From Candidatus Nomurabacteria bacterium (GTDB taxonomy: Bacteria > Patescibacteriota > Minisyncoccia > Phycocordibacterales > UBA9973), in contig JBPOIF010000030.1 of assembly GCA_052034745.1 (NCBI GenBank), positions 1 to 42,583 of the forward strand: DNA of 42,583 bases. Direction: 5' to 3'. Made by a program: the position numbers and the translations under genes. Shown one piece after another: positions 15,426-24,676 of this stretch. Below the pieces are notes generated by a model, which worked only from the letters and a program-made list of their open reading frames with translations, was not told the origin of the DNA and searched no databases. Every line of letters starts with the position of its first letter. The stretch's first letter is position 1.

Positions 15426-16508
15426 ATGCAAGTGGTACCATACCAACGTATGTCATCGACTCCTGTGCGCATTTCAACCGGCTCAATCGTCAAGATCTTA
15501 CTTCTCCTTTTTCTTGCCTACCTTTTGTTTCATTTGGCAAATATCCTTCTTTTGGTATTGGTGGCTATTGTCATTGCCTCTTTTGTTGAGGCAGGTGTCC
15601 AGCTCTGTGCCAAGTACAATATCAGTCGTACACTTGCAGTCCCAGTGATTTTTGCTCTCGTGACAGCCATTTTGTTTGTCGTATTTTATGCGTTCATTCC
15701 TATTGTATTTCGTGAGCTTGCCGATGTTGTGTCGCTTTTGTCGACTTATTTTCCAAGTACCCAGTCCATTGATAGTCAGTCAATCGAAGGCGCAACCAAC
15801 TTTGTGAGTTCTCTCGCAAGCAATCCTTCTACAAGCGGCCTCCTCGAAAACATACAAAATGCTACGAGCGTTCTTTCTCAGGGAGCACTTTCGGTTATCG
15901 GATCTACGTTTGGGGGACTCCTCAACCTGATCCTTGTTGTCGTGATGTCATTTTATTTGTCTATTCAGGATAAAGGAATAGATACATTTCTTCGTATTCT
16001 TACTCCTGCAAGTAACGAAAAATACGTACTCAATCTTTGGGCGCGCACGCAGCGCAAGATAGGGTTGTGGTTTAAAGGGCAGCTCCTCCTCGGACTCCTC
16101 GTCGGGACGATTACGTTTGCAGTGCTCGCATTGCTTGGTGTGAAGTATGCATTTTTGATTGGTATCATCACTGGGATTGCAGAGCTCATTCCTTTTGGTG
16201 TTATCTTTGCAACTATTCCTGCGGTACTTTTTGCAGTGATTGACGGTGGTGTAGTGCTTGGACTCAAGGTGCTCATTTATTTTGTCATTATGCAACAAAT
16301 CGAAAACTACGTGCTCAACCCTGTGGTTTCTCGAAGGGTCGTGGGCATACCACCACTTGTCGTGCTTCTTGCGTTTATGATTGGGATTACGCTTGCTGGA
16401 TTTTGGGGAGCGATCATCGCAATCCCTGTCGCTGTCTTTGTCCTTGAGTATTTGAGTGATGTCGAAAAGAGCAAAATGATCCCTGTTACTACTCAGCCTT
16501 CTCTTTAA
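15426..16508 (+). CDS. AI-2E family transporter (PerM/YdiK-like permease)
   Basis: Multi-TM protein with the GIITGIAELIPFGVIFATIPAVL signature region. The ORF-track start 15306 overlaps the M16 gene by 104 nt, so the first non-overlapping ATG (15426) is used. Confidence 0.8.
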   Translation: MQVVPYQRMSSTPVRISTGSIVKILLLLFLAYLLFHLANILLLVLVAIVIASFVEAGVQLCAKYNISRTLAVPVIFALVTAILFVVFYAFIPIVFRELADVVSLLSTYFPSTQSIDSQSIEGATNFVSSLASNPSTSGLLENIQNATSVLSQGALSVIGSTFGGLLNLILVVVMSFYLSIQDKGIDTFLRILTPASNEKYVLNLWARTQRKIGLWFKGQLLLGLLVGTITFAVLALLGVKYAFLIGIITGIAELIPFGVIFATIPAVLFAVIDGGVVLGLKVLIYFVIMQQIENYVLNPVVSRRVVGIPPLVVLLAFMIGITLAGFWGAIIAIPVAVFVLEYLSDVEKSKMIPVTTQPSL

Positions 16509-16513
16509 TCTGT

Positions 16514-17953
16514 ATGTCTCGACCGTTTTATCTCACTACAACATTGCCGTACGTGAATGCACCACTCCATATGGGGCATGCACTTGAATTTATTCGTGCA
16601 GATGCCATCGCTCGTTACCACAATCTTATTGGAGACACGGTTTTTTTCAATACAGGAACCGATGAGCACGGACAAAAGATTTATACAAAGGCGCTTGAGG
16701 CAGGGAAGACGCCGCAGAGTTTTGTTGATGAGGCATTTGCTGTATTTCGAAAACAGGTCGAGGCGTTTGGCATCACGGAGGGTGCTCACTTTGTGCGTAC
16801 CACAGATACTCACCATATAACAGCAGCGCAAGAGCTCTGGAAGCGAGTTGCGGACAATGGGTATATCTATAAAAAGGCGTATCAGACCAAGTACTGTGTG
16901 GGGTGTGAAAGTGAAAAGACAGACTCGGATCTTGTCGATGGTTTCTGTCCGCTGCATCCTGGGGTCACCCTTGAGCATATCGATGAAGAAAATTACTTTT
17001 TTAAATTTTCTGCACTGCAAGAGCGACTGCTTGCGTTTTATGATGCAAACCCTACATTTATTGTTCCAGAGTTTCGGTTCAATGAGATGAAAGCCTTTGT
17101 CACAAGAGGGCTCGAAGACTTTTCTATTTCTCGTGTCAAAGAAAAGATGTCATGGGGGATCCCTGTGCCAGGTGATGAAAATCAGGTGATGTACGTATGG
17201 TTTGACGCGCTTACCAACTATATCTCGACGCTTGGGTGGCCTGAGGATACAGAGACGTTTACTATGTTTTGGAAAGAGGGGACACCAACGCAATACTGCG
17301 GGAAAGACAATACTCGTTTCCAGGGGGTGATGTGGCAGGCTATGCTGATGGCTGCAGATCTCCCAAACACTGCACGAGTCGTTGTGAACGGTTTTATCAC
17401 TGGAGAAGGTGGTGTGCGTATGAGCAAGACCCTTGGAAATGTTGTTGACCCTCTCGTGGTCGCACAAGAGTATGGCACTGATGCGCTCCGACTGTTTCTT
17501 CTCAAAGAAGTCTCAAGTTTCGAGGATAGTCCGTTTACGATTGAGCGCTTTCGTGATGCGTACAATGCAAATCTTGCAAATGGACTTGGGAATCTCGCGA
17601 GCCGTATTTTGACGCTTTCAGAAAAATACCTTGAGGCATGTCCTCCTCTCCCAGAGAAATCAATCCCGCAGACTTTTTTTGATTTTCTCGACGCATTTGA
17701 TATACAAGGTGCGTCAGAGTATGTCTGGAGTGAGATCAAAGAGCTCGACAAATACATCCAAGAGACAGAAGCGTTCAAGGTCATCAAGATAGATCAAGAA
17801 AAAGGAAAAGCTCTCATTGGTGAATATGTGCTTCGTCTCTATACAATCGCCCGAATGCTCAATCCACTTATGCCACAAACAAATGAAACACTGAAGAGTC
17901 TCATTAGACAAAACAAAAAGCCAGAAACGCCATTGTTCTCTCGACTTGTATGA
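16514..17953 (+). CDS. metG: Methionine--tRNA ligase (short form without C-terminal tRNA-binding domain)
   Basis: TTTLPYVNAPLHMGHA (HIGH), zinc knuckle CVGCESEK...CPLH, VWFDAL and RMSKTLGN (KMSKS). Confidence 0.93.
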   Translation: MSRPFYLTTTLPYVNAPLHMGHALEFIRADAIARYHNLIGDTVFFNTGTDEHGQKIYTKALEAGKTPQSFVDEAFAVFRKQVEAFGITEGAHFVRTTDTHHITAAQELWKRVADNGYIYKKAYQTKYCVGCESEKTDSDLVDGFCPLHPGVTLEHIDEENYFFKFSALQERLLAFYDANPTFIVPEFRFNEMKAFVTRGLEDFSISRVKEKMSWGIPVPGDENQVMYVWFDALTNYISTLGWPEDTETFTMFWKEGTPTQYCGKDNTRFQGVMWQAMLMAADLPNTARVVVNGFITGEGGVRMSKTLGNVVDPLVVAQEYGTDALRLFLLKEVSSFEDSPFTIERFRDAYNANLANGLGNLASRILTLSEKYLEACPPLPEKSIPQTFFDFLDAFDIQGASEYVWSEIKELDKYIQETEAFKVIKIDQEKGKALIGEYVLRLYTIARMLNPLMPQTNETLKSLIRQNKKPETPLFSRLV

Positions 17954-18741
17954 TGAAGTACACTGATACGCACTCCCATTTCAATCTCGCACAGTTTGAT
18001 TCTGATAGAGAAGAAGCAATAAATCGTATGGTTGCCGAAGAGGTGGGGACATTTTGTGTCGGTGTTGATGAAGAGACGAGCGTAAAAGCGGTCGACCTCG
18101 CACAAAAAAACGAAGCTATTTGGGCGATTGTAGGACAACATCCAACTGAGTGGCATCAAGTATTTAATCTTGATGCATTTATCTCGCTTGCGGGTGAGCC
18201 CAAGGTTTTGGCGATCGGGGAGTGTGGGCTTGATTATTATCGAGAACGAGAACGGGCGCATAAGGATGAGCAGAAAAAATTATTTCGACAACACATCGAG
18301 CTTGCTCTTGAGACGAAACTTCCGCTTATGCTTCATATCCGCCCCGCACAGGCGAGTATGGATGCATATGAAGATGCTCTCGATATTTTGAATGAATACA
18401 AAAGCACAAACCAGGAGCTCACGGGGACCGCGCATTTTTTTGTAGGGGATACAGATATTGCCCAGAGGTTTCTCGATCTCGGGTTTTATATTTCATTTTC
18501 GGGAGTTATCACGATATTTCCAGAATATGAAGCAGTGGTTCGGTTTGTTCCTCTCGATCACATCCTCCCTGAGACCGACGCGCCCTTTGCTGCCCCTTTG
18601 CCGTATCGAGGTTCCCGTTGTGAACCGGCATACATCAAAGAGGTAGTCAAAAAGATCGCCGAAATCAAAAATCTCCCGCTTGAAGAGGTAGAAAAAGCCT
18701 TAATTTTGAACACAAAAAACCTATTTTACAAATGGGGGTAA
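17950..18741 (+). CDS. tatD: TatD-family metal-dependent hydrolase/DNase
   Basis: DTHSHFN, IGECGLDYY, LMLHIR, HFFVGD and ETDAPF. Overlaps the metG stop by 4 nt. Confidence 0.88.
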   Translation: MMKYTDTHSHFNLAQFDSDREEAINRMVAEEVGTFCVGVDEETSVKAVDLAQKNEAIWAIVGQHPTEWHQVFNLDAFISLAGEPKVLAIGECGLDYYRERERAHKDEQKKLFRQHIELALETKLPLMLHIRPAQASMDAYEDALDILNEYKSTNQELTGTAHFFVGDTDIAQRFLDLGFYISFSGVITIFPEYEAVVRFVPLDHILPETDAPFAAPLPYRGSRCEPAYIKEVVKKIAEIKNLPLEEVEKALILNTKNLFYKWG

Positions 18742-18868
18742 ATACGGTAGTATCTACCCCGTAGCCCCCGTTTGTCCTTGCGCCATCGTGCCTTGGATAC
18801 ATGGTCCGAAGCGGGCTCATTTTAGTAAATAACAATAGCTTAAAAGCTCAACTTTTAAGCGAATATAT

Positions 18869-19387
18869 ATGTCAGAAGCGCACACACGTACATACGAAGT
18901 GGGGTTTATACTTGCTCCGTCAGTTGCAGATGCAGATGTTCTCTCTTCAGTAGATACTCTCAAAGCTGTCATTACAAAGGCAGAGGGGACTGTTGGAGCA
19001 GAACAAGCACCTGAATTCATCGACCTTGCGTACACGATGGAAAAGTCGATTGCAAGTAAAAAGATGAAATACAGTCAAGGATATTTTGGATGGATTAAGT
19101 TCGACGCTTCACCAGAGGCAGTTGAAGGGATAAAAAAGGTACTTGACGGTATGACTGATATCGTTCGTTACCTTATCACCAAATCAAACCTTGAAAATGC
19201 TGTTGTTTTTCGAAAGCCAAAAATAGAAGCAATCCGAGCATTGTCAGAAGAGGCGCTCGATGATATGGAGGAAGTCATCGACGAAGACATCAAGGAGGAT
19301 CATGAGATGCTTCCTGATGTTGCTTCAGATATCGAAGAATTGGCCGTACCGGTGGCAGAGGAGCAAGAAACGGAAAGCAAGGAGTAG
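18869..19387 (+). CDS. rpsF: 30S ribosomal protein bS6 with acidic C-terminal tail
   Basis: YEVGFILAPS, IDLAYTMEK, GYFGWIKF and IVRYLI, in the conserved rpsF-ssb-rpsR order. Confidence 0.85.
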   Translation: MSEAHTRTYEVGFILAPSVADADVLSSVDTLKAVITKAEGTVGAEQAPEFIDLAYTMEKSIASKKMKYSQGYFGWIKFDASPEAVEGIKKVLDGMTDIVRYLITKSNLENAVVFRKPKIEAIRALSEEALDDMEEVIDEDIKEDHEMLPDVASDIEELAVPVAEEQETESKE

Positions 19388-19448
19388 AGTGCTATACTTT
19401 ATAGAGTCGGTTCTCTCTTACTAGCTTATTACGTATCACTTCACTTAT

Positions 19449-19919
19449 ATGTATCTCAACAAAGTATTTCTCATCGGTAACCTTACTCGTGACCCAGAGC
19501 TCCGTGCTATCCCAAGTGGAACAAAAGTAGTACAGCTCGGCCTTGCAACAAATCGTGTCTGGAAAGACCAATCAGGTGCTCGCAAAGAAGCAACTGAATA
19601 CCACAATGTCGTCGCATTTGGTCGACAAGCAGAGAACCTCGCACAATATTGTCGCAAGGGATCATCACTGTATGTTGAAGGACGACTTCAGACTCGAAGT
19701 TGGGATGGGCAAGATGGAAAAAAGAATTATCGAACTGAGATCGTTCTTGATTCATTCCAGTTCGGTCCAAAAGCATCGGGGATAGGGGGTGCAACACCAG
19801 CACAGAATAGTCCACAAGGAGTAAGCGACGCTGAGGCTCCACAGAAAAATGCACCAGCAGATCTCGATACTATCGAGTATCCTGATGAAGAAATCAACCT
19901 AGAAGATATTCCGTTCTAA
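19449..19919 (+). CDS. ssb: Single-stranded DNA-binding protein
   Basis: NKVFLIGNLTRDPELR OB fold, a Gly/Pro-rich linker and the C-terminal acidic tip EEINLEDIPF. Confidence 0.93.
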   Translation: MYLNKVFLIGNLTRDPELRAIPSGTKVVQLGLATNRVWKDQSGARKEATEYHNVVAFGRQAENLAQYCRKGSSLYVEGRLQTRSWDGQDGKKNYRTEIVLDSFQFGPKASGIGGATPAQNSPQGVSDAEAPQKNAPADLDTIEYPDEEINLEDIPF

Positions 19920-19942
19920 ATTATTTAATTAATCATTATTGT

Positions 19943-20143
19943 ATGAAACAAGATTACTTCAACGCAAACAACATTCGTTTTGTTGACTACAAGGACATCG
20001 ACAACCTGAAGCGGTTTTTGAACCCAAACGGTCGCATCCTTGCTCGAAAGCGCACAGGGCTCACTGCAAAGAACCAACGTTCTCTCGCAGAAGCAATCAA
20101 ACGATCTCGATTTATGGGTCTTCTCCCGTTTGTCGCGAACTAA
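19943..20143 (+). CDS. rpsR: 30S ribosomal protein bS18
   Basis: VDYKDIDNLKRFLNPNGRILARKRTGLTAKNQRSLAEAIKRSRFMGLLPF. Confidence 0.93.
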   Translation: MKQDYFNANNIRFVDYKDIDNLKRFLNPNGRILARKRTGLTAKNQRSLAEAIKRSRFMGLLPFVAN

Positions 20144-20150
20144 TGTTATA

Positions 20151-20180
20151 AGCAAAACCGCCCAATAGGGCGGTTTTGCT
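20151..20180. terminator. Bidirectional intrinsic terminator between convergent rpsR and efp
   Basis: AGCAAAACCGCCC-AATA-GGGCGGTTTTGCT: a perfect hairpin with an A-run on the 5' side and a T-run on the 3' side. Confidence 0.8.
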
Positions 20181-20196
20181 TATGGATAGAGAGACG

Positions 20197-20781
20197 TTAG
20201 TTTGCTCGTTCCGCGTATTCTCCGGTGTCTGTGTTGATACGAATCGTCTCCCCGATGTTGATAAAGAGGGGGACGTTTACTGTTGCTCCTGTCTCGAGTG
20301 TGGCAACTTTGTTCCCGCCAGTGACGGTGCTGCCTTTGATTGAAGGAGGAGCATCAGTTACCTTGAGCTCTACCTTCACAGGGATTTTGACTCCAACAAC
20401 GAGTTCCTCTTCGTCGTCGTTGATAAAGATAATTTGTTCAAGTTCAGTATTTGTTTTTACAAACTTTATTTTATCTCCCACCACTTCTTCTTTGAGGGCA
20501 AAGCGCTTGCTCGGGTCTTTTGGATCACAGAACCACACTTCACCTTTTGCGAGATAGAGGTATTTTGCGGGGCGGGTGATGATATCTGCTTCTTCTACTT
20601 TATCCGAAGAGGCAAAGGATACTTCTGCGACACGTCCAGTAATGAGGTTCTTGAGTTTTGTTGCGTTGACTGGTTTGCGCTGTTGTTTGCGAAAGACATG
20701 TGAATGGATCACTTCAAAGGGCTGTCCTTCCCAGAGGATTATTTTTCGTTCTTTTACTTCGCTGTATTCGAGCATTGACAT
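20197..20781 (-). CDS. efp: Elongation factor P
   Basis: Three-domain length. N-terminal KOW-like region ILWEGQPFEVIHSHVF...TKLKNLITGRVAEVSF, and the C-terminal blocks VPLFINIGETIRINTDTGEY. Confidence 0.88.
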   Translation of the reverse strand: MSMLEYSEVKERKIILWEGQPFEVIHSHVFRKQQRKPVNATKLKNLITGRVAEVSFASSDKVEEADIITRPAKYLYLAKGEVWFCDPKDPSKRFALKEEVVGDKIKFVKTNTELEQIIFINDDEEELVVGVKIPVKVELKVTDAPPSIKGSTVTGGNKVATLETGATVNVPLFINIGETIRINTDTGEYAERAN

Positions 20782-20849
20782 AAATAGTATCGGTTTAATC
20801 GCAAATGAATAACGGGTGGGATTGTAGCGGAAAGGGGAAAGAGGCGCAA

Positions 20850-21899
20850 CTATTCGCTCGCGCTTTCCATGACGACTTCTTTCATGCGCTTGCGCACGTC
20901 TTTCATAATAGCGTCACGAACTTTTGGATTTTCTCTCATAAAGATACGAGTTGAATCATATCCTCGGCCGAGCTTGACCTCTTCTTTGCCTTCGGGGATA
21001 TAGCTGTAGGATGTGCCACTTTTTGTCATTACCCCAAGCTTTTCTCCAAGAGCGATAAGTTCTCCTTCGAGGGAGATGCCTTCGCCGTAGATGATATCGA
21101 ACTCTGTTTGTTTAAATGGTGCAGCCACCTTGTTTTTTACTACTTTGACCCGGGTGCGACTCCCGACCACTTCTTCACCTTTTTTGATTTGAGCGATGCG
21201 TCTGATGTCGAGGCGAACTGAGGTATAGAATTTGAGCGCTTTTCCTCCTGGGGTAGTCTCTGGGTTACCAAACATAACACCGATCTGCATTCGAATCTGG
21301 TTGATGAAAATGACGATCGTCTTTGATCGGTGGACAATAGCGGTGAGTTTTCGGAGCGCTTGGGACATGAGGCGAGCTTGTTTGCCCATGTGTTGTTGCC
21401 CCATATCTCCTTCGATTTCATCTTTTGGAGTCAGTGCTGCAACAGAGTCCACGACGACAACATCTATTTTACCGCTTCGAACGAGAGATTCGGTGATCTC
21501 GAGTCCTTGCTCTCCTGTATCAGGCTGAGAGATGAGGAGTTGGTTGATGTTGACTCCTATTTTCCCTGCGTAGTCTGGGTCCATGGCATGTTCAGCATCG
21601 ATATAGGCACAGACACCCCCAAGTTTTTGTGCTTCGGCGACAACATGAAGGGCAAGAGTCGTTTTTCCTGAAGATTCAGGACCAAAGATTTCGATGATAC
21701 GTCCGCGGGGGAGTCCTCCAATTCCGAGCGCTATATCAAGCCCGATTGACCCAGTAGGAACCGTGCTGATATCTACCTTTGGGGCTTCACCAAGTTTCAT
21801 GATTGCTCCTTCTCCAAACTTTGTTTGGATCGAGCGTATGGTCTCATCGATCGATGCGTTGTCTTCTTTTTTTGGTTTTGCTACTTTTTTTACTGCCAT
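20850..21899 (-). CDS. recA: Recombinase RecA
   Basis: [19 protein letters not shown] (Walker A), VVVDSVAAL, and the L2 region [28 protein letters not shown]. Confidence 0.97.
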   Translation of the reverse strand: MAVKKVAKPKKEDNASIDETIRSIQTKFGEGAIMKLGEAPKVDISTVPTGSIGLDIALGIGGLPRGRIIEIFGPESSGKTTLALHVVAEAQKLGGVCAYIDAEHAMDPDYAGKIGVNINQLLISQPDTGEQGLEITESLVRSGKIDVVVVDSVAALTPKDEIEGDMGQQHMGKQARLMSQALRKLTAIVHRSKTIVIFINQIRMQIGVMFGNPETTPGGKALKFYTSVRLDIRRIAQIKKGEEVVGSRTRVKVVKNKVAAPFKQTEFDIIYGEGISLEGELIALGEKLGVMTKSGTSYSYIPEGKEEVKLGRGYDSTRIFMRENPKVRDAIMKDVRKRMKEVVMESASE

Positions 21900-21909
21900 A
21901 GAATTGTCG

Positions 21910-22311
21910 TTATTGTTGGTAATGTATCGTACTCGTCTGTGCCACCGATTCTTCTGGTTCGAGGACGAGGTGATATGTTTTTATTTTTTCTTTTCCAAAC
22001 TGGTCACGAAGGGTGACTTCGAGCACGTTGTATCCTGGAGACAAGAGCACACCGTCAGTAAAATTTCCTGCCCGATCAGTCATGACACTTCTTCCGTTGA
22101 TAAGCACATTTCGGGCGTGTCGAGCGTTTCCAGAAACGGGAAGGAACCCATCAGTAAGAGTTGCTCCATCTGTTGCAGTATGAATATCAAGCGGTGTTCC
22201 AAAGATGAGGTCTCTGATATTGAAAAAGACAAATCCGAGCACCCCAACTATCGCTACGCTGAGTATGACAGTAGAGAAGGGGAACCGAAGTTGTTTGCGA
22301 GTGTTTCCCAT
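21910..22311 (-). CDS. Small membrane-anchored protein with Ig-like/beta-sandwich ectodomain
   Basis: N-terminal TM ([16 protein letters not shown]) followed by [20 protein letters not shown]...[11 protein letters not shown]. Tightly packed between ftsK and recA. Confidence 0.6.
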   Translation of the reverse strand: MGNTRKQLRFPFSTVILSVAIVGVLGFVFFNIRDLIFGTPLDIHTATDGATLTDGFLPVSGNARHARNVLINGRSVMTDRAGNFTDGVLLSPGYNVLEVTLRDQFGKEKIKTYHLVLEPEESVAQTSTIHYQQ

Positions 22312-22316
22312 ATGTT

Positions 22317-24494
22317 TTATAGCCCCATATCTTTTGCTACCTCATCGACCACTGATTGTTTTGGTCCTCCGGTAAGTACATCGCGAGGTTTTGCTCCATC
22401 TGCCGGTCCAATCACTCCTCGTTGTTCGAGGATGTCCATGATGCGCGCTGCCCGGGCATATCCTACCTTGAGCTTACGTTGGATAAAGGTGGTAGACGCA
22501 CGACCTGTTTCAACGACGATCTGACGTGCTTCTTCGTAGAGGTCATCATCGTCATCACTGTCGATATTGTCTGAGAACATTGCCTTGTCACCGCTCACTG
22601 AGCCGGTGAGCTCTATCGAATCTCGAATATCATCCTTAAAGGCTTCCTTGAAGTATTTTACCACGCCTTTCACTTCATCTTCACTAATAAAGGCACTCTG
22701 GAGTCGTTCAGGTTGGTTTTCACCCATGATTGCGAGCATGTCTCCTTGCCCGAGAAGTTTCTCAGCACCGGCTCCGTCGAGGATAGTACGAGAGTCAATC
22801 TGTGTCGGTACGCGAAGCGCGATACGGCTCGGAATGTTTGCCTTGATGAGACCAGTGATGACGTTTACTTCAGGTCGTTGGGTCGAAAGGATGAGGTGTA
22901 TTCCAACTGCTCGAGACATCTGGGCGAGGCGAACGATTGCCGACTCGAGTTCTCGAGGATATGCCTGCATGATATCAGCAAGCTCATCGATGATGATGAC
23001 GATATAGGGCATCCGGTCAGGGTCGCCACCACCCGAAGGGGTCACTTTTCCACTGGCGAGTTTCTTGTGGTACGAATCAATATCGCGAACACTCTCTGCT
23101 TCCATGATATCGTAGCGACGATTCATCTCTGTTGCTGCCCATTTGAGTGAAAGGATGGTCTTTTTTGGTTCGGTGATGACAGGGCACAGGAGGTGCGGAA
23201 TAGAGTTGTAGAGAGTGAGTTCCACACGTTTTGGGTCGACAAATATGAAGCGTAGATCATCAGGGCTATGACGGTACAAGAGGGAGGTAATGATCGCATG
23301 AATGGTCACCGACTTACCAGAGCCCGTAGTACCCGCGATCAAGAGGTGAGGCATTTTTGCGATACTCTTAAGTACTGGCTTGCCAGCGATATTTCGTCCG
23401 ATTGCTGCCAAAAGAGGCGTATGTGTTCCAGAAAATGCAGGATCCGCAAGCAGGTTTGCAAGGCCGACAGTCGATTTGGTTTTGTTCGGAATTTCGATAC
23501 CGACGAGAGACTTTCCGGGGATAGGAGCTTCAATACGGATAGGGTGAGCGGCGAGTGCGAGGGCTAGATCGCTCTGGAGGCCGACAATACGAGAGAGTTT
23601 TACTCCTTGGGCTGGTTTGAGCGCATAACGGGTGACGGTTGGTCCGATCGTTACTTCGTCCATCTCAACTTCGATGCCAAAGTTTGCCAAGGTTCGTCTG
23701 ATGATGTTTGCATTTGCCTTTACATCACCCACGTTTGCTTTTCCGCGGTCGCTTTCAAGGAGTGACAGTGGGGGTGGGGTGTAGGCGCCAAATCGGACAC
23801 GTTTGGTATCGATCGCAAACTCTCCCGAAGATGCGGCATCGGTTACTTTCATCTCTTTTGGAAGCGCTGGTTTTCCGTCGGAAGGTTGGGAGGGGTCAAC
23901 TTCGTGATCGTTGTTTTCTACAACGGGTGCAAGAGGGATACTTTCGAGTCCTTCAAATTCCTCTTCTTGATTCATTGGTTTTTGAAAGAGGCGCATTCCA
24001 AACAGGGCGCGTACCTTTGCCCAAAGTGATGCAAAAAATGGAAAGAGGTTTGGAGTCCGATCAAAGAATATGACAAATGACCCGACGGCAACAAACGTCA
24101 TAATAATCGATGCGAAGAGCGCGTCAAATGCAGATACAATAGGCAGTGCCAGTATCCTTCCGATGATGCCTCCATGGGGCGTTGTTCCTGTTGATATGAG
24201 ACCAAGGAGAGACCCTACTCCGACAATACCCGCGACCCATTGTCGTACTGTTGCGTCGAGCTTTGTCTTTCTAATAGTGAGAATACCCGCAGTGAGGAAT
24301 CCTACCGGGAAAATGATTGATCCAGCACCAAGGAGCCATGTTGCAAGGTTTGAAAACAGATGCCCTCCTGCTCCTGCTTTACCGAGCATCCCTGCTCCAG
24401 ATAGTAGAGCAAGGAGTACAAAGACGAGCCCAAATATGACATGGTTTGTCTTGCCTTTCACATCCTTTTTTGAGGTGGTCGATTTTTTTGCCAT
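22317..24494 (-). CDS. ftsK: DNA translocase FtsK/SpoIIIE
   Basis: N-terminal TM segments, motor domain with HLLIAGTTGSGKS (Walker A) and IIIDELADIM (Walker B), and a C-terminal gamma winged helix (STTFIQRKLKVGYARAARIMDILEQRGVIG). Confidence 0.93.
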   Translation of the reverse strand: MAKKSTTSKKDVKGKTNHVIFGLVFVLLALLSGAGMLGKAGAGGHLFSNLATWLLGAGSIIFPVGFLTAGILTIRKTKLDATVRQWVAGIVGVGSLLGLISTGTTPHGGIIGRILALPIVSAFDALFASIIMTFVAVGSFVIFFDRTPNLFPFFASLWAKVRALFGMRLFQKPMNQEEEFEGLESIPLAPVVENNDHEVDPSQPSDGKPALPKEMKVTDAASSGEFAIDTKRVRFGAYTPPPLSLLESDRGKANVGDVKANANIIRRTLANFGIEVEMDEVTIGPTVTRYALKPAQGVKLSRIVGLQSDLALALAAHPIRIEAPIPGKSLVGIEIPNKTKSTVGLANLLADPAFSGTHTPLLAAIGRNIAGKPVLKSIAKMPHLLIAGTTGSGKSVTIHAIITSLLYRHSPDDLRFIFVDPKRVELTLYNSIPHLLCPVITEPKKTILSLKWAATEMNRRYDIMEAESVRDIDSYHKKLASGKVTPSGGGDPDRMPYIVIIIDELADIMQAYPRELESAIVRLAQMSRAVGIHLILSTQRPEVNVITGLIKANIPSRIALRVPTQIDSRTILDGAGAEKLLGQGDMLAIMGENQPERLQSAFISEDEVKGVVKYFKEAFKDDIRDSIELTGSVSGDKAMFSDNIDSDDDDDLYEEARQIVVETGRASTTFIQRKLKVGYARAARIMDILEQRGVIGPADGAKPRDVLTGGPKQSVVDEVAKDMGL

Positions 24495-24637
24495 ATAACG
24501 TTATGTAGCAATAGTATATCAATCATTGCAATGAAAAACCATTGCAACATAAGGATTATTTCAACACACCCGTGTGTTGCATGTCCCATAGAGTGTCGTT
24601 TATACTGTCCGTAATATATTTCTTTAGGACTTCTCTA

Positions 24638-24666
24638 TTGGACATTTTTTAAAAGACACTTAATAT
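24638..24666 (+). promoter_or_regulatory. Sigma70-like promoter giving a near-leaderless transcript
   Basis: TTGGAC (24638-43), 17-nt spacer, TAATAT (24661-66). The ATG at 24677 is only 10 nt past the -10 box. Confidence 0.4.
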
Positions 24667-24676
24667 CCTTATTACT

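Noticed and set aside
18742-18868. Possible S6:S18-binding rpsF leader RNA, and likewise a possible L10 leader upstream of rplJ (41751-41906)
   Set aside because: The positions are right for these autoregulatory leaders, but I could not fold either into the known motif by eye. They need a covariance-model scan, so they are not reported as features.
21694-22524. 276-aa plus-strand ORF overlapping recA, the small anchored protein and ftsK
   Set aside because: It is antisense to unambiguous recA and ftsK coding sequence. Its composition is Ser/Phe/Cys-rich and shadow-like, and it crosses two gene boundaries.
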